Below are positions 10,752 to 20,628 of a DNA stretch of 64,000 bases, piece by piece (position 1 is the first letter of the stretch; each line of letters opens with the position of its first letter). The translations under genes and the position numbers were made by a program. Source of the DNA: a virus. The stretch spans positions 1 through 64,000 of IMG/VR virus record IMGVR_UViG_3300042863_000147, one strand, 5' to 3'. The notes beneath the pieces are model-generated. The model saw nothing but the letters and a program-made list of their open reading frames with translations, had not been told where the DNA came from and did no database searches.

Positions 10752-11585
10752 TTAAGATGCCATGCCGGTTCTGAGAACTTTTATAGTTTTGTTTGTTGCT
10801 GCTGATGCTGTAAAATATAATCGTACTATGCTATCTACAATACTTAAATCTGCCGTGAACGACCCCAAGCTACCGCCGGTACTAACTAGCCCATATTGTG
10901 TAGAATATACTGTGTTACTATGATGAATTAAATTGATTTCAACTGCTGAGAATGCTGTGTTGTCTGATGATATTTGAATAAAATATTTTGCAGATCTAAA
11001 ATCAGTGGATAAGAAACTGTCTATTACTACACTAGCAGTAGTTAACACTGTAATTTGTGATGAATCAAAGATACTGTCTGCAATACGCAAACTTTCGCAA
11101 TTAACTCTTTTACCTACTCCGATTCCACCAGATACAACTAATGCTCCACTATTTGTAGAAGTTGATTCTGTGGTGTTAGAAAATAACAATGCGTTAGTAG
11201 TCGTCTGTCCTCTGTTGGTAACAGTTTGTAGTGTACTGGTATTATCAAATCTTAAGAATGTCGAGCTAGTTGTACCGGTGCTAGTAACAGTAATATCATT
11301 ACCACCAAATATACTAGCACCTAAAGTTGCTGTAGTAATAACTGGTTGACTATTTGAATATAGTGTCCCACCTAGCCACAAGTCTCCCCCAATACCAACT
11401 CCTCCGTAAATTTGCAATGCTCCACTATTAGTGGAAGTTGCGTTAGTGGAAGTTGATATCGTGAGAGAAGTAAAAGTCTGCGACGCTGCTATTACAAGCC
11501 AAGCAGTGCCGCTCCATCTGTAAGTTTTTGAACCTACAACGTGAGTATCTCCAATATTAGGGTTTGGTGGAAAATTTAATGCCAT
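10752..11585 (-). CDS. Fibre-associated structural protein
   Basis: 277 aa. N-terminal MALNFPxNP...TYRWSGTAW motif typical of myovirus fibre proteins; SGALxxxGGxG repeats. Confidence 0.65.
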   Translation of the reverse strand: MALNFPPNPNIGDTHVVGSKTYRWSGTAWLVIAASQTFTSLTISTSTNATSTNSGALQIYGGVGIGGDLWLGGTLYSNSQPVITTATLGASIFGGNDITVTSTGTTSSTFLRFDNTSTLQTVTNRGQTTTNALLFSNTTESTSTNSGALVVSGGIGVGKRVNCESLRIADSIFDSSQITVLTTASVVIDSFLSTDFRSAKYFIQISSDNTAFSAVEINLIHHSNTVYSTQYGLVSTGGSLGSFTADLSIVDSIVRLYFTASAATNKTIKVLRTGMAS

Positions 11586-11607
11586 TTTATTTTACTCGTT
11601 TCATAAT

Positions 11608-13005
11608 TTATACTGCACCCACTTGTATCCAGAACGTGCTAGTACCATCTTTGATATATTGTAGGTACGCTGGAACTGTTTCATCAATCCAGATGTCTCC
11701 TATCCTTGCTGAGGTTGGTTGTGTAGAAGTTGTAGTAATTCTAGGAGTGTACAATAGGAAATCTTCTTGAGGATTGCCGCAAAGTTCGCTGTAAACATCT
11801 CCCGCAATACCTACACCGCCTGCTACTATTAATGCACCCGAGCTTGTGCCAGTTGAGTTAGTACCTAATCCAACAGATGTATCGGCTGCAATATAAGAAT
11901 AGCCACGGCCGTCATAATAAAAGACTGAACCAATATTAACTTGATTGTCTAGACCATCAACTAAGTTATCGCCGCCGATACTGATAATTCCAGACCCAGT
12001 ATTGATAAACTTAGCAGTATTCTGTCCGATGATAATGTTGTTGGAACCTGTGGTCCATATTCTGGCTGCTCTGTGTGCAATAAAAATATTATCTTCACCG
12101 TCTATTAATAGTTCGCCTGCACCTGCGCCAATGGCAATATTACTATCTTGATAGTACAATCTATTAACAGTTCCAGTAGTGCCGCTAACATATGGAGTAA
12201 GCCCAGTACCGTCAATTGGTGTTGTTCCTAGAATATCTGAATACAATACAAATGTTGATGTTGTTGGAGTTCCAACATAATACACTACATCATTTAATTC
12301 AGTAGTACCATCAATATTAAATAATTTAATAGAAGTACTAGTAGTTAAATTATGTCCTGGGGCTGTGATTAATACAGGATTTGATAAAGTAATATTTGTA
12401 ATCGTTGCTACAAATACCGTTTGATAAACTCCAGTAAGTTTTAATGCGCTATCACCTATAGCAATAGAATTTGATATTTCTGTTCCAGAACTTAGTGCAT
12501 ATCTACCGATGGCAATAGTTTTATAAGATGTTGCAATGCCCATTAGGGTATCGTGACCAACAGCAATACTTGCCTGTCCAGTTTCAAAATCGTTAGGTAA
12601 AGGTACTGCATCTCCCCTAACAACGATATTGTTTATTCCTTCGTAACCTTGTCCGATAGTAATACCATTGATATTAATATCTTTTCCGATATTCATCGTA
12701 CCCCATACACCGATATCGCCATCAACTACTAATAATCCAGTATTAGTACTTGTTGATGCGATGTCTGTACCGGTAGCAAGAATCCTAATTGTACCTGTAG
12801 TTAAATTACTATAAAGTTTAGCTTGGTTAAATTCAATATTTCCTAAACTAGACCTATAACTTGTTCTTAACAGACTATCAGTTATTAAAGTAAAACCTGT
12901 AGAAGTAGTATCAGTTGGCGGCAACTGCGGCTGAGCGTTGGCGAGATTTAAAAACTCCCCACTGCCTCCCGATCTTAGTAATGATCCACTTAATAAATTA
13001 GGCAT
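11608..13005 (-). CDS. Fibre/adhesin-like structural protein
   Basis: 465 aa. Periodic (S/N)IAIG repeats resembling a YadA-type beta-roll, interrupted by an NPVLITAPGHNL module. Confidence 0.6.
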   Translation of the reverse strand: MPNLLSGSLLRSGGSGEFLNLANAQPQLPPTDTTSTGFTLITDSLLRTSYRSSLGNIEFNQAKLYSNLTTGTIRILATGTDIASTSTNTGLLVVDGDIGVWGTMNIGKDININGITIGQGYEGINNIVVRGDAVPLPNDFETGQASIAVGHDTLMGIATSYKTIAIGRYALSSGTEISNSIAIGDSALKLTGVYQTVFVATITNITLSNPVLITAPGHNLTTSTSIKLFNIDGTTELNDVVYYVGTPTTSTFVLYSDILGTTPIDGTGLTPYVSGTTGTVNRLYYQDSNIAIGAGAGELLIDGEDNIFIAHRAARIWTTGSNNIIIGQNTAKFINTGSGIISIGGDNLVDGLDNQVNIGSVFYYDGRGYSYIAADTSVGLGTNSTGTSSGALIVAGGVGIAGDVYSELCGNPQEDFLLYTPRITTTSTQPTSARIGDIWIDETVPAYLQYIKDGTSTFWIQVGAV

Positions 13006-13393
13006 TTGCTGTCTCTAATATGCTTAACACTAACTGGCAAGTTGCTGTACTAGATGCGTACACTTGGATACTGTCAAGGCTTTCAATAATCAGTTTGCCA
13101 GACAATACATTACCTGCATCTCCTGCCGGAATTGGAAAATCCCTAACTAGGAAACTAGGAGTATTTGCATCCTGCGCACCATTTCCTTGAGCGTCCCGTA
13201 ACACAGGACGCTTTCTGTAATGTATAAAACTAACTGTTTGAGTTTGAGTACTTAAATTAGCAATCTGCGCCATGAGAACAATTGAAGTAACTCCAATTGG
13301 TGCAGTGTATGCTGTAACTGTTGATGTAGTTGCACTAAAGCTCGGCAACATCTTAGTTTTTGTTTTAAATGTGTTTAATGGAATTAGTGCCAT
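12998..13393 (-). CDS. Hypothetical structural protein
   Basis: 131 aa, beta-rich, coupled to its neighbours. Confidence 0.6.
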   Translation of the reverse strand: MALIPLNTFKTKTKMLPSFSATTSTVTAYTAPIGVTSIVLMAQIANLSTQTQTVSFIHYRKRPVLRDAQGNGAQDANTPSFLVRDFPIPAGDAGNVLSGKLIIESLDSIQVYASSTATCQLVLSILETANA

Positions 13394-13404
13394 AAATTTT
13401 CCTT

Positions 13405-16400
13405 TTAACTTGTTTCAATAGCCAAGATGAACGGTGTCATATTGGCAAATAATGATTTCGTAAATGTTCTACCACTTAGAACACCAGTTGCTTGACTAAT
13501 AACTAGTCCCGGCCCAATACGGAAGTCACCGTTCTGGTCTGTACTTGTAAAGAATACTTTACCGCTGTCAAGTTGTACTGTTTCTTTTGTTTGAACAGGA
13601 TCTGCAACACCTCGCTGTGGTAGTGCGCCATAATCAATTCCTGCACCTACATATTCAAACACATACCCAGATGCACTGATGTATGATCGTTGATAGAAGT
13701 TGACTGTTGCACCATCTGGGAATAAATCAGTTCTTGTGACATTTTCTCCCATTTGTACAAGATGATGTGTGCCGTCTCGTTGCCAATAGCTCAATCCAGT
13801 CATGACTGCGTTGTATCTTCCACCAGTTTCTATGTCGTATATTAATCTCTGTAATATCAATGAAGTATCTCTTCGACATTTTAAATCGTTATATACTAAC
13901 AGTGGGAATGTATCCTGTACATACGCACTAATTTCTTCAACACAGAATTGGAAATTTCTTTTAATTAAATTGATAGCAGAACCTGCGCCCTGAACTGGGG
14001 CTCCTTCTTTAGTTCTTAAACTAGGTTTAACTACTGCCTCGGCTCCAGCAAGCGTATCAAGTTGCGGCGGCGTTGCTAGTGTAGGATCAATAATCTGAAT
14101 TATATTATCAAATCTTTGATTAATGAACGTTTCTGCTTGACTTCCGTCAGTTAATAATGGCAATACAATTTGTGTTGCAGTATTGCCGATCGATTTAGTA
14201 ACTTCTTCATTTTTAATTATTTGATTAACAATAGAGTTTAGTCTCTGTAAAGAAGAAATATGTGCAGGACGTTGATCTCCTGTCGGAGAATCTTGTAATA
14301 CATTAGTACCAACTGGAATAGGATTATCTCCAACTTCACTACTTAATACTGTGTAATACGCATTGCCACTAAAATACAAGTTAAAGTAATTGGTATTAAA
14401 TGACGATGTTGTATTCTCCGGATCTTCACCACCGTTAGTTAGTGCCTTACTTAAAGTAACGCTCTCATAACCAATGTCGGTTACAATAGTATCAGTAGCA
14501 GCATATAATATACCGTTAGTGCCAGTTTGATTACCAAATTGGTCTCGAATATGTAACGTGTTTCCTACTGCAATACCGGTAGTATCGATGCCGGTAATAG
14601 TAATAGTTCCAGTTGATAGCCTTCCTAGATTAGGTACTGCATTTAAAAATCCTTTAAATCCTTGTTCGTTTTCATAAGGAACAACATTACCTAGGTAATC
14701 TGTATATAATTCAGGAGGAACAATTTCCATGACTAAAGAAATATGTGGTCGATCACCTAAGTCCGGAATGAACACTCTTGCTCGAGCATTGTTTGGCCAG
14801 TACCCAGTTGGATAATACTGATTAAATTCTTCGTCGTCTGGGTACGATTTGTTAATAGGATTATACACTGTGCCACTAAACTTTCGTTCGCCGTATCCTT
14901 TAGCAACTAAGCAAAGATTACCAAAGTTAGCATTACTGTTAACAATAGATGCAATACCACCATTATCTACTTGAACTCCTGTAGAACAGAAAATTGTGAA
15001 TACAGAAACTAACTGTGCATAACCGTCATTTGTAATTCTAACACCCCGACCACCTTGATTAACCTGTGTAAATGCGTCATAAACAAACGAATTAATTGGG
15101 CTACGGGTACTAATAACTGCACCATCTACTAAACTTCCGCCCATTGATCCGATAGGATCAATCTTACGTTGATTCCATGTGTTGGCATTACCTGTGTATT
15201 CTAAACTTAATTCTTCAATTTCCGAATCTCTCTTAGGAAACACTAATGTATCACCAAAGTACAATGTAGCATTGTTACCAAAGCCAATAGTAGGCGTATC
15301 TAAACTTACCAAATAAGTACCAGTAGTTACAGTAGTTACAGAAGTAACAATTGGTGAAATTTTTACGTCTGCTCCGTTAATTCCAGTTAGCGAAAATAAT
15401 CCTCCGCCTAGATACACAGGAGGAGCATACAACGGTCCCCTAGTGATGATATCACTAATTGTGTTAAATCCTCGTTTTACAGCTTCTTGTGGCATGTAAT
15501 CGCCGCCGTATTGGAAGAAAGTATTAATAACTTGAGCAATCTCAGTGCCAGTTTGCACTGCAACTGGTGTGTTAGCAATAACTTGTAACGCAACATCTCT
15601 TGCGTGTGCAATTGCCATTGTTGTTGTAGTTTCTTGACCGGTTACATAATTGTAATTGCCTATCCAGTAACCTAATCCAGCTTCAATTGATTTAGCATTT
15701 CCGCCAAGCAATATATCTTGACTTACTGCATCAACTAATAGTCCTGTATCTCTAAAACATTTTTCTTCGTCGTAGTCGAAGCTTCCTTGATTGTACGTCC
15801 AATCAACAAATCTCACTACATCATCAACAATAAATGCTCGATTGGCCTTTAATAAATTAAATCCGTTAATTACAGAAGTTGCAGTAGTTGCAGTTAAACC
15901 AATGCTAGTTAAATCAGCTGCTACTCCTGCACCATAGATAATAATGTCAGTGATAGTTGAGATAGATTGTTGTACATACGAAACTTCGGCACTTGTTGCA
16001 GTAGATGTTGATAGTACTTGCACTGCCTTAGTGCCTGTACTTGCTTCAACACGAGCTCCAGTCATAATGTCGGCTACAATGTCTTTAATTCTATTAAATG
16101 CAACAATAGTCTGTGACTCTTGCCCGTGAATAGTGCTTGTTGAACTTGACGATGCATAATAGCTTAAACCCGCTTGAATAGCTTGTCTATTTCCACCGTG
16201 TGTTAAATCAAATGCAATCGAGTTAGTAATTAATCCCACATCTCTAGCACAGGTTGATGTATTAAAAGTGATATCTGGATGGATAGCAACAGTGTAGGCA
16301 ATAACTTCAGCTGCTAAATAATCTTTATTTGCAATTAACAAGTTATAGGCATTTTTAATACCTTGCAAGTTAGTCTCGGTACCGTTTGGAACAATACGAT

Positions 16401-19400
16401 CTGTCCAACCTTTCTTATTGCCTCTTAAAATTTCAAGAACAATATCAAAGTCGGCGGCAATAATAGCAGCTTCTACTGCACTTGCTGGTTCCAATGAAGT
16501 ATCTTGTAGTACGGCAAATTGATATCTATTAACTAAGTCGTCAGCCGGAGTAATGTTTCTAATAACTTTTAAAGACAATTCTTTTAAGTAAGTTACTGCA
16601 TCGATAGTAGGTCCAATTTGTGCAGGAATGTCACCTGTATAGGTGCCTTGCGCCCAGTACTGCAAACCGGAGAATGTACTCTGACTTCTATTAGCTGTTG
16701 GATATAGCAAGTCTTGAGCAATGGAGTCAACAATTAAACCAACATCTCTTTTGCAAGCAATCTTGCTATAAGGGAACGATTTGACCATATTATTAACATA
16801 ATTAATGGTATCTTCTTGAATAAATCGTCTGTTTGCCTGCATCAATATTTCTGCACTGACAAACGCTGCATCAGGACCACCTGATTTATATATAGGAGGT
16901 GCTGCTGCTGGACCATTATTAATAATAGTGACAATCGTGTTAAACAAACTATCGATAGCACTAGATGCAATGTCACCATTTAATAATACTGTATTTCTAA
17001 CTTGAGAGTTAGTACCAAACGGTGCTACTTCTGCAGGGACAGGTAGTATATTGGTCCATGTATTATTAATAATAATAGACTGGACCATTTGATTTAAGTA
17101 ATCAATAGCTGCGGAAGTTTGTGTTTCTTGGCCGGAAATTTTACTAATAACTCCGTCGAAATAAGCAAGACCACTTTCAACAGCTTTTTGGTTACCACCA
17201 AACGCTGCATCGTATGCAATATTTTCAACAATAATTCCCACATCTCTATAGCAGTATTCTCTGCTGTACTCAAAGACGTTTGCAGTTGCATTGATATATG
17301 CTGTTACTTCAGCTTTAATAAAATCTTTATTAACTGCAAGCAAATTAAATGCATGTATTGCTTCTTCAGAAGGATTGATTTCTAGATCAATTGGTTCTTG
17401 GCTAGTTACTGCATCTGGTCCATTTCTAATGATATTAGTAATAATATCAATTTTATCTTGCAATGCATCTGCTTCGTATGTACTTGCAATCGGTTGTCCA
17501 ACAATTACTTGCGTAGTTCCAGTTTGATAGACCGTTGCTAAAAGTTGTCCTCGAACAATGTTAGGAATAATACTCTTTAAGTAACTGTAAGCTGCGGTTG
17601 TCTGAGGAATTTCATTAGGTATAGCAGTATTAGTGGTACTGTAGTTGTAATAATAAACACCTGATTTAACGCTTTGCTTTGTGCCGCCGTGTAATAGGTC
17701 AAATGCAATGCTATCAATAATGTATCCTACATCCCTATAACAAGTAGAAGTATTATAAACAAATGAAGGATGATTTGCTGAAATCCAAGCCAGTGTTTGA
17801 TCTTGCAAACTTTCTTTGTTTGCTAACAATGCATCGTATGCTGCAACAATGCTAGAATTTGTACTTGGTAGCCCGTTAGCTAAAATTTGATCACTAATAT
17901 TAACTGTTCCGTTTGTAATAATATTTGTGATTGTTGAAAATAATGTATTAACAGTAGTTTGAGGTGTTGCACCTCCTGCATTTAATGCAACTGTTGCTGC
18001 TAAACTTTGTAGATTGATAATTGCCGCAGTAGTGGTAGTTTCTTCTCCTGGAATAGCAGAACTACTCTGACTCCAGTATTGAAGACCTGCAAAAATACTA
18101 TCACTATCACTGTTATATAACATATCCATAGAGATAGAATCTACAATTAGTCCTAAATCTCTTCTGCACTTAGATACATCATATGTAAATGATCCGCTAT
18201 TAAATGTTGCATCTACATAGGCAACAACTTGTTCTTGCATGAACGGCTTGTTAGCCAGCATCAATGTACGAGCATTGAAAAATCCTGGATTTTGTTGTCC
18301 AGCATTTACTGAATCACCTTGTGCAATTGTACCTGATCCTACGTTAACGATTATTGAGGTAGTATTAGCAACCCACGTACCGGTGCCCACTGCCCTAGGA
18401 ACTTGCACAGTTTGATTTGGAACAAACATTGTTCCATCTTTTAACCATGGACCACTTTGGTTAGTACAGTTTTGAATGTACGGAGAGTGGAAAAGATCAA
18501 TACGATCCTCACCTTCTAATGGAGGGAAAGATGTAGCATATGCGCCTCTGTTATATTGAGACTCGTAATCGCCTTCGAGTAATCCGCTACGACCATTTAA
18601 AAATGTCATGTAGTTCAGATAACATCCGCTATCTACATGGAATAAATCTTGTGTCTTATTAATCGGTTCAATGAATGTTGTACGAATATCACTACCTCTA
18701 ATAGAAGTATATGGCTTCATACGTAATGGGTTATCTTCTAGATAAAATCCAGCACTAACTAAAATTTGAGTACCAGGTTGGTAGTAAGGACTATTAATTG
18801 CTCCACCAATTGTTCGGCAAGCACGACTTGCGTCCATTGCTCGTCCGTCATTAGTATCATCACCGTCCATAGTAACATATAATGTATTCGAAACTACTGG
18901 AGCAGTACCGATTGGATTTGCTCCTCGGACTCGAATGTCACCATATACGTCAGTAAGGCCGCTAGCTGGTTTAACTTCAATCGTACCGGTAGTGGAAGCA
19001 AGCACTCTAGAGTAGATATCATGAACATATGCTTCTGCCCATTGAGTAGAACTAGTTCCTAGTCCGTGGATTTCAGTAGCAGTGTCTGCATCTTCTGGCG
19101 GAGTAACTTCTTTAGTAACAATGTTTTCACCAACACTAATGCCGCCTTCTACTCTTACTGCACCGTCAGTCGAAGTTGCAGTACTAGTCGATAGTACTTT
19201 TAAAAGATCAGTTCCTAACTTGCCAGTAAATGGATTATATGATAAACCGTTGTCAATACCTTCGTCGTCGATGAATACAAACTGCTCACCCGAAGTTAAA
19301 GCAAAAATAGGATGGAATTCTAAGTCAGCATTCGTAGCAGTAACAACTAACTGGAAAGAAGTATTTGCAATCTCAACTCTTCCGTAAATTCTACCGCCGA

Positions 19401-20013
19401 CGTTTAGATCTTTTTCAATACCAACGCCGCCTCGAACATATACTGCTCCTGTCTGACGGTCAGCTGCGGTTCCATAAACGTCGTTAAGATCATACGGCCG
19501 ACCACCTGCACCAAAATCTAAATACTGGTTTTGTACGTTGTCTTCGCTATAAAATTCACCAGTTAATACATTGAGCTTACCCCATTGATTTCCGTCGTCA
19601 CCTAAATTAAGAGTATCGTTCTCTGGAAGGAAATCTGTATCAACTTTTGATTTAAAAGTAACTGTATTTGCACCTACATCAGTTCCAAGTGTTGTATTTC
19701 CTGTTATCTCAGTTTCTGGAGAATCGGCAAATATTTTTCCATCAGCTGTTAAATTAATATCTTGTCGTGCTTCAACATTAACATCACTAGTGTTTGATAA
19801 AATATTAACTTCGCCGCCGTCTGATTCTACTGCAATATCAGTATCTGCTAATATATCAATAAACGTGTTAGAATCGATTGTTGTACTTTCACCCGTCTTA
19901 ATATTCAATTTTCCGTTTGCAACATTTAAGTAATAGTCGTTAGGAACATTGACAGTATTGGTTGCCGATGATGCAGCAGATGGTGGTAAAGTAGAATAGT
20001 ATGTTGTTGCCAT
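13405..20013 (-). CDS. Giant virion structural protein with a beta-helix-like region and seven C-x-R-D helical repeats
   Basis: 2202 aa. Motifs YVTMDGDDTNDG..RTIGGA, SPYIQNCT and FTQVNQGGRG..YAQLVSVFTIFC are pectin-lyase-like. Seven CxRD repeats. Confidence 0.7.
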   Translation of the reverse strand: MATTYYSTLPPSAASSATNTVNVPNDYYLNVANGKLNIKTGESTTIDSNTFIDILADTDIAVESDGGEVNILSNTSDVNVEARQDINLTADGKIFADSPETEITGNTTLGTDVGANTVTFKSKVDTDFLPENDTLNLGDDGNQWGKLNVLTGEFYSEDNVQNQYLDFGAGGRPYDLNDVYGTAADRQTGAVYVRGGVGIEKDLNVGGRIYGRVEIANTSFQLVVTATNADLEFHPIFALTSGEQFVFIDDEGIDNGLSYNPFTGKLGTDLLKVLSTSTATSTDGAVRVEGGISVGENIVTKEVTPPEDADTATEIHGLGTSSTQWAEAYVHDIYSRVLASTTGTIEVKPASGLTDVYGDIRVRGANPIGTAPVVSNTLYVTMDGDDTNDGRAMDASRACRTIGGAINSPYYQPGTQILVSAGFYLEDNPLRMKPYTSIRGSDIRTTFIEPINKTQDLFHVDSGCYLNYMTFLNGRSGLLEGDYESQYNRGAYATSFPPLEGEDRIDLFHSPYIQNCTNQSGPWLKDGTMFVPNQTVQVPRAVGTGTWVANTTSIIVNVGSGTIAQGDSVNAGQQNPGFFNARTLMLANKPFMQEQVVAYVDATFNSGSFTYDVSKCRRDLGLIVDSISMDMLYNSDSDSIFAGLQYWSQSSSAIPGEETTTTAAIINLQSLAATVALNAGGATPQTTVNTLFSTITNIITNGTVNISDQILANGLPSTNSSIVAAYDALLANKESLQDQTLAWISANHPSFVYNTSTCYRDVGYIIDSIAFDLLHGGTKQSVKSGVYYYNYSTTNTAIPNEIPQTTAAYSYLKSIIPNIVRGQLLATVYQTGTTQVIVGQPIASTYEADALQDKIDIITNIIRNGPDAVTSQEPIDLEINPSEEAIHAFNLLAVNKDFIKAEVTAYINATANVFEYSREYCYRDVGIIVENIAYDAAFGGNQKAVESGLAYFDGVISKISGQETQTSAAIDYLNQMVQSIIINNTWTNILPVPAEVAPFGTNSQVRNTVLLNGDIASSAIDSLFNTIVTIINNGPAAAPPIYKSGGPDAAFVSAEILMQANRRFIQEDTINYVNNMVKSFPYSKIACKRDVGLIVDSIAQDLLYPTANRSQSTFSGLQYWAQGTYTGDIPAQIGPTIDAVTYLKELSLKVIRNITPADDLVNRYQFAVLQDTSLEPASAVEAAIIAADFDIVLEILRGNKKGWTDRIVPNGTETNLQGIKNAYNLLIANKDYLAAEVIAYTVAIHPDITFNTSTCARDVGLITNSIAFDLTHGGNRQAIQAGLSYYASSSSTSTIHGQESQTIVAFNRIKDIVADIMTGARVEASTGTKAVQVLSTSTATSAEVSYVQQSISTITDIIIYGAGVAADLTSIGLTATTATSVINGFNLLKANRAFIVDDVVRFVDWTYNQGSFDYDEEKCFRDTGLLVDAVSQDILLGGNAKSIEAGLGYWIGNYNYVTGQETTTTMAIAHARDVALQVIANTPVAVQTGTEIAQVINTFFQYGGDYMPQEAVKRGFNTISDIITRGPLYAPPVYLGGGLFSLTGINGADVKISPIVTSVTTVTTGTYLVSLDTPTIGFGNNATLYFGDTLVFPKRDSEIEELSLEYTGNANTWNQRKIDPIGSMGGSLVDGAVISTRSPINSFVYDAFTQVNQGGRGVRITNDGYAQLVSVFTIFCSTGVQVDNGGIASIVNSNANFGNLCLVAKGYGERKFSGTVYNPINKSYPDDEEFNQYYPTGYWPNNARARVFIPDLGDRPHISLVMEIVPPELYTDYLGNVVPYENEQGFKGFLNAVPNLGRLSTGTITITGIDTTGIAVGNTLHIRDQFGNQTGTNGILYAATDTIVTDIGYESVTLSKALTNGGEDPENTTSSFNTNYFNLYFSGNAYYTVLSSEVGDNPIPVGTNVLQDSPTGDQRPAHISSLQRLNSIVNQIIKNEEVTKSIGNTATQIVLPLLTDGSQAETFINQRFDNIIQIIDPTLATPPQLDTLAGAEAVVKPSLRTKEGAPVQGAGSAINLIKRNFQFCVEEISAYVQDTFPLLVYNDLKCRRDTSLILQRLIYDIETGGRYNAVMTGLSYWQRDGTHHLVQMGENVTRTDLFPDGATVNFYQRSYISASGYVFEYVGAGIDYGALPQRGVADPVQTKETVQLDSGKVFFTSTDQNGDFRIGPGLVISQATGVLSGRTFTKSLFANMTPFILAIETS

Positions 20014-20028
20014 TTTTGATCCTCAGTG

Positions 20029-20036
20029 TATTTATT
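20029..20036 (-). promoter_or_regulatory. Late promoter (AATAAATA)
   Basis: TAAATA core followed by a GAGG RBS upstream of 20013. Confidence 0.6.
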
Positions 20037-20039
20037 TTT

Positions 20040-20564
20040 TTAATGTATCCTTAGTTCAACAGCATCGATTAATGGGCTACTCTTATGAGGCCAATCAGGA
20101 TGACTTTGAAATCTTAGAACAACTCCGAATAAAGGATCCTGCACAATTTCTTTTGTTATGCTGGTATTCCATAATACACTATCCCCTCCGTATATTTTTT
20201 TTGGACTTAAATCAATAGATGCTAGGTTATCGCCGATTAAATTATCAGATAAGCATAATTGAATAGTATCATCGGTAATTCTACCATGTCTATTCATTGA
20301 TAACATCATCTCTATACCGGTTATATTATCAGGGACCTGTTGAAAGTTAAAACCAGTTAGCTTTAAGTAATAAGTTTTTTGTGTAATATCTCGCCGTGGG
20401 TCTCTAGCTATGTGAATTAAGTCACTTGTCGTTCGCACATGTCTGCCGTCTTTTTCTTTGAGACTATAAAATGAATCTACTTCTAACCAAGTGATATGAG
20501 CGGTTTCTCCGCCAGGTTCAGCATATTGATTTATTTGTGTCGGCAGCGCCCAATTTGTGGTCAT
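20040..20564 (-). CDS. Hypothetical protein (late gene)
   Basis: 174-aa ORF; TAAATA 5 nt upstream of the ATG. Confidence 0.65.
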   Translation of the reverse strand: MTTNWALPTQINQYAEPGGETAHITWLEVDSFYSLKEKDGRHVRTTSDLIHIARDPRRDITQKTYYLKLTGFNFQQVPDNITGIEMMLSMNRHGRITDDTIQLCLSDNLIGDNLASIDLSPKKIYGGDSVLWNTSITKEIVQDPLFGVVLRFQSHPDWPHKSSPLIDAVELRIH

Positions 20565-20581
20565 ACCATTATTTACCTAGA

Positions 20582-20610
20582 TACAAAAATAGGGGGACTA
20601 GCCCCCTATT
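20582..20610 (-). terminator. Rho-independent terminator
   Basis: AATAGGGGG-CTAGT-CCCCCTATT followed by TTTGT, downstream of 20629..21306. Confidence 0.8.
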
Positions 20611-20628
20611 ATAATTAACTAATTTGAT

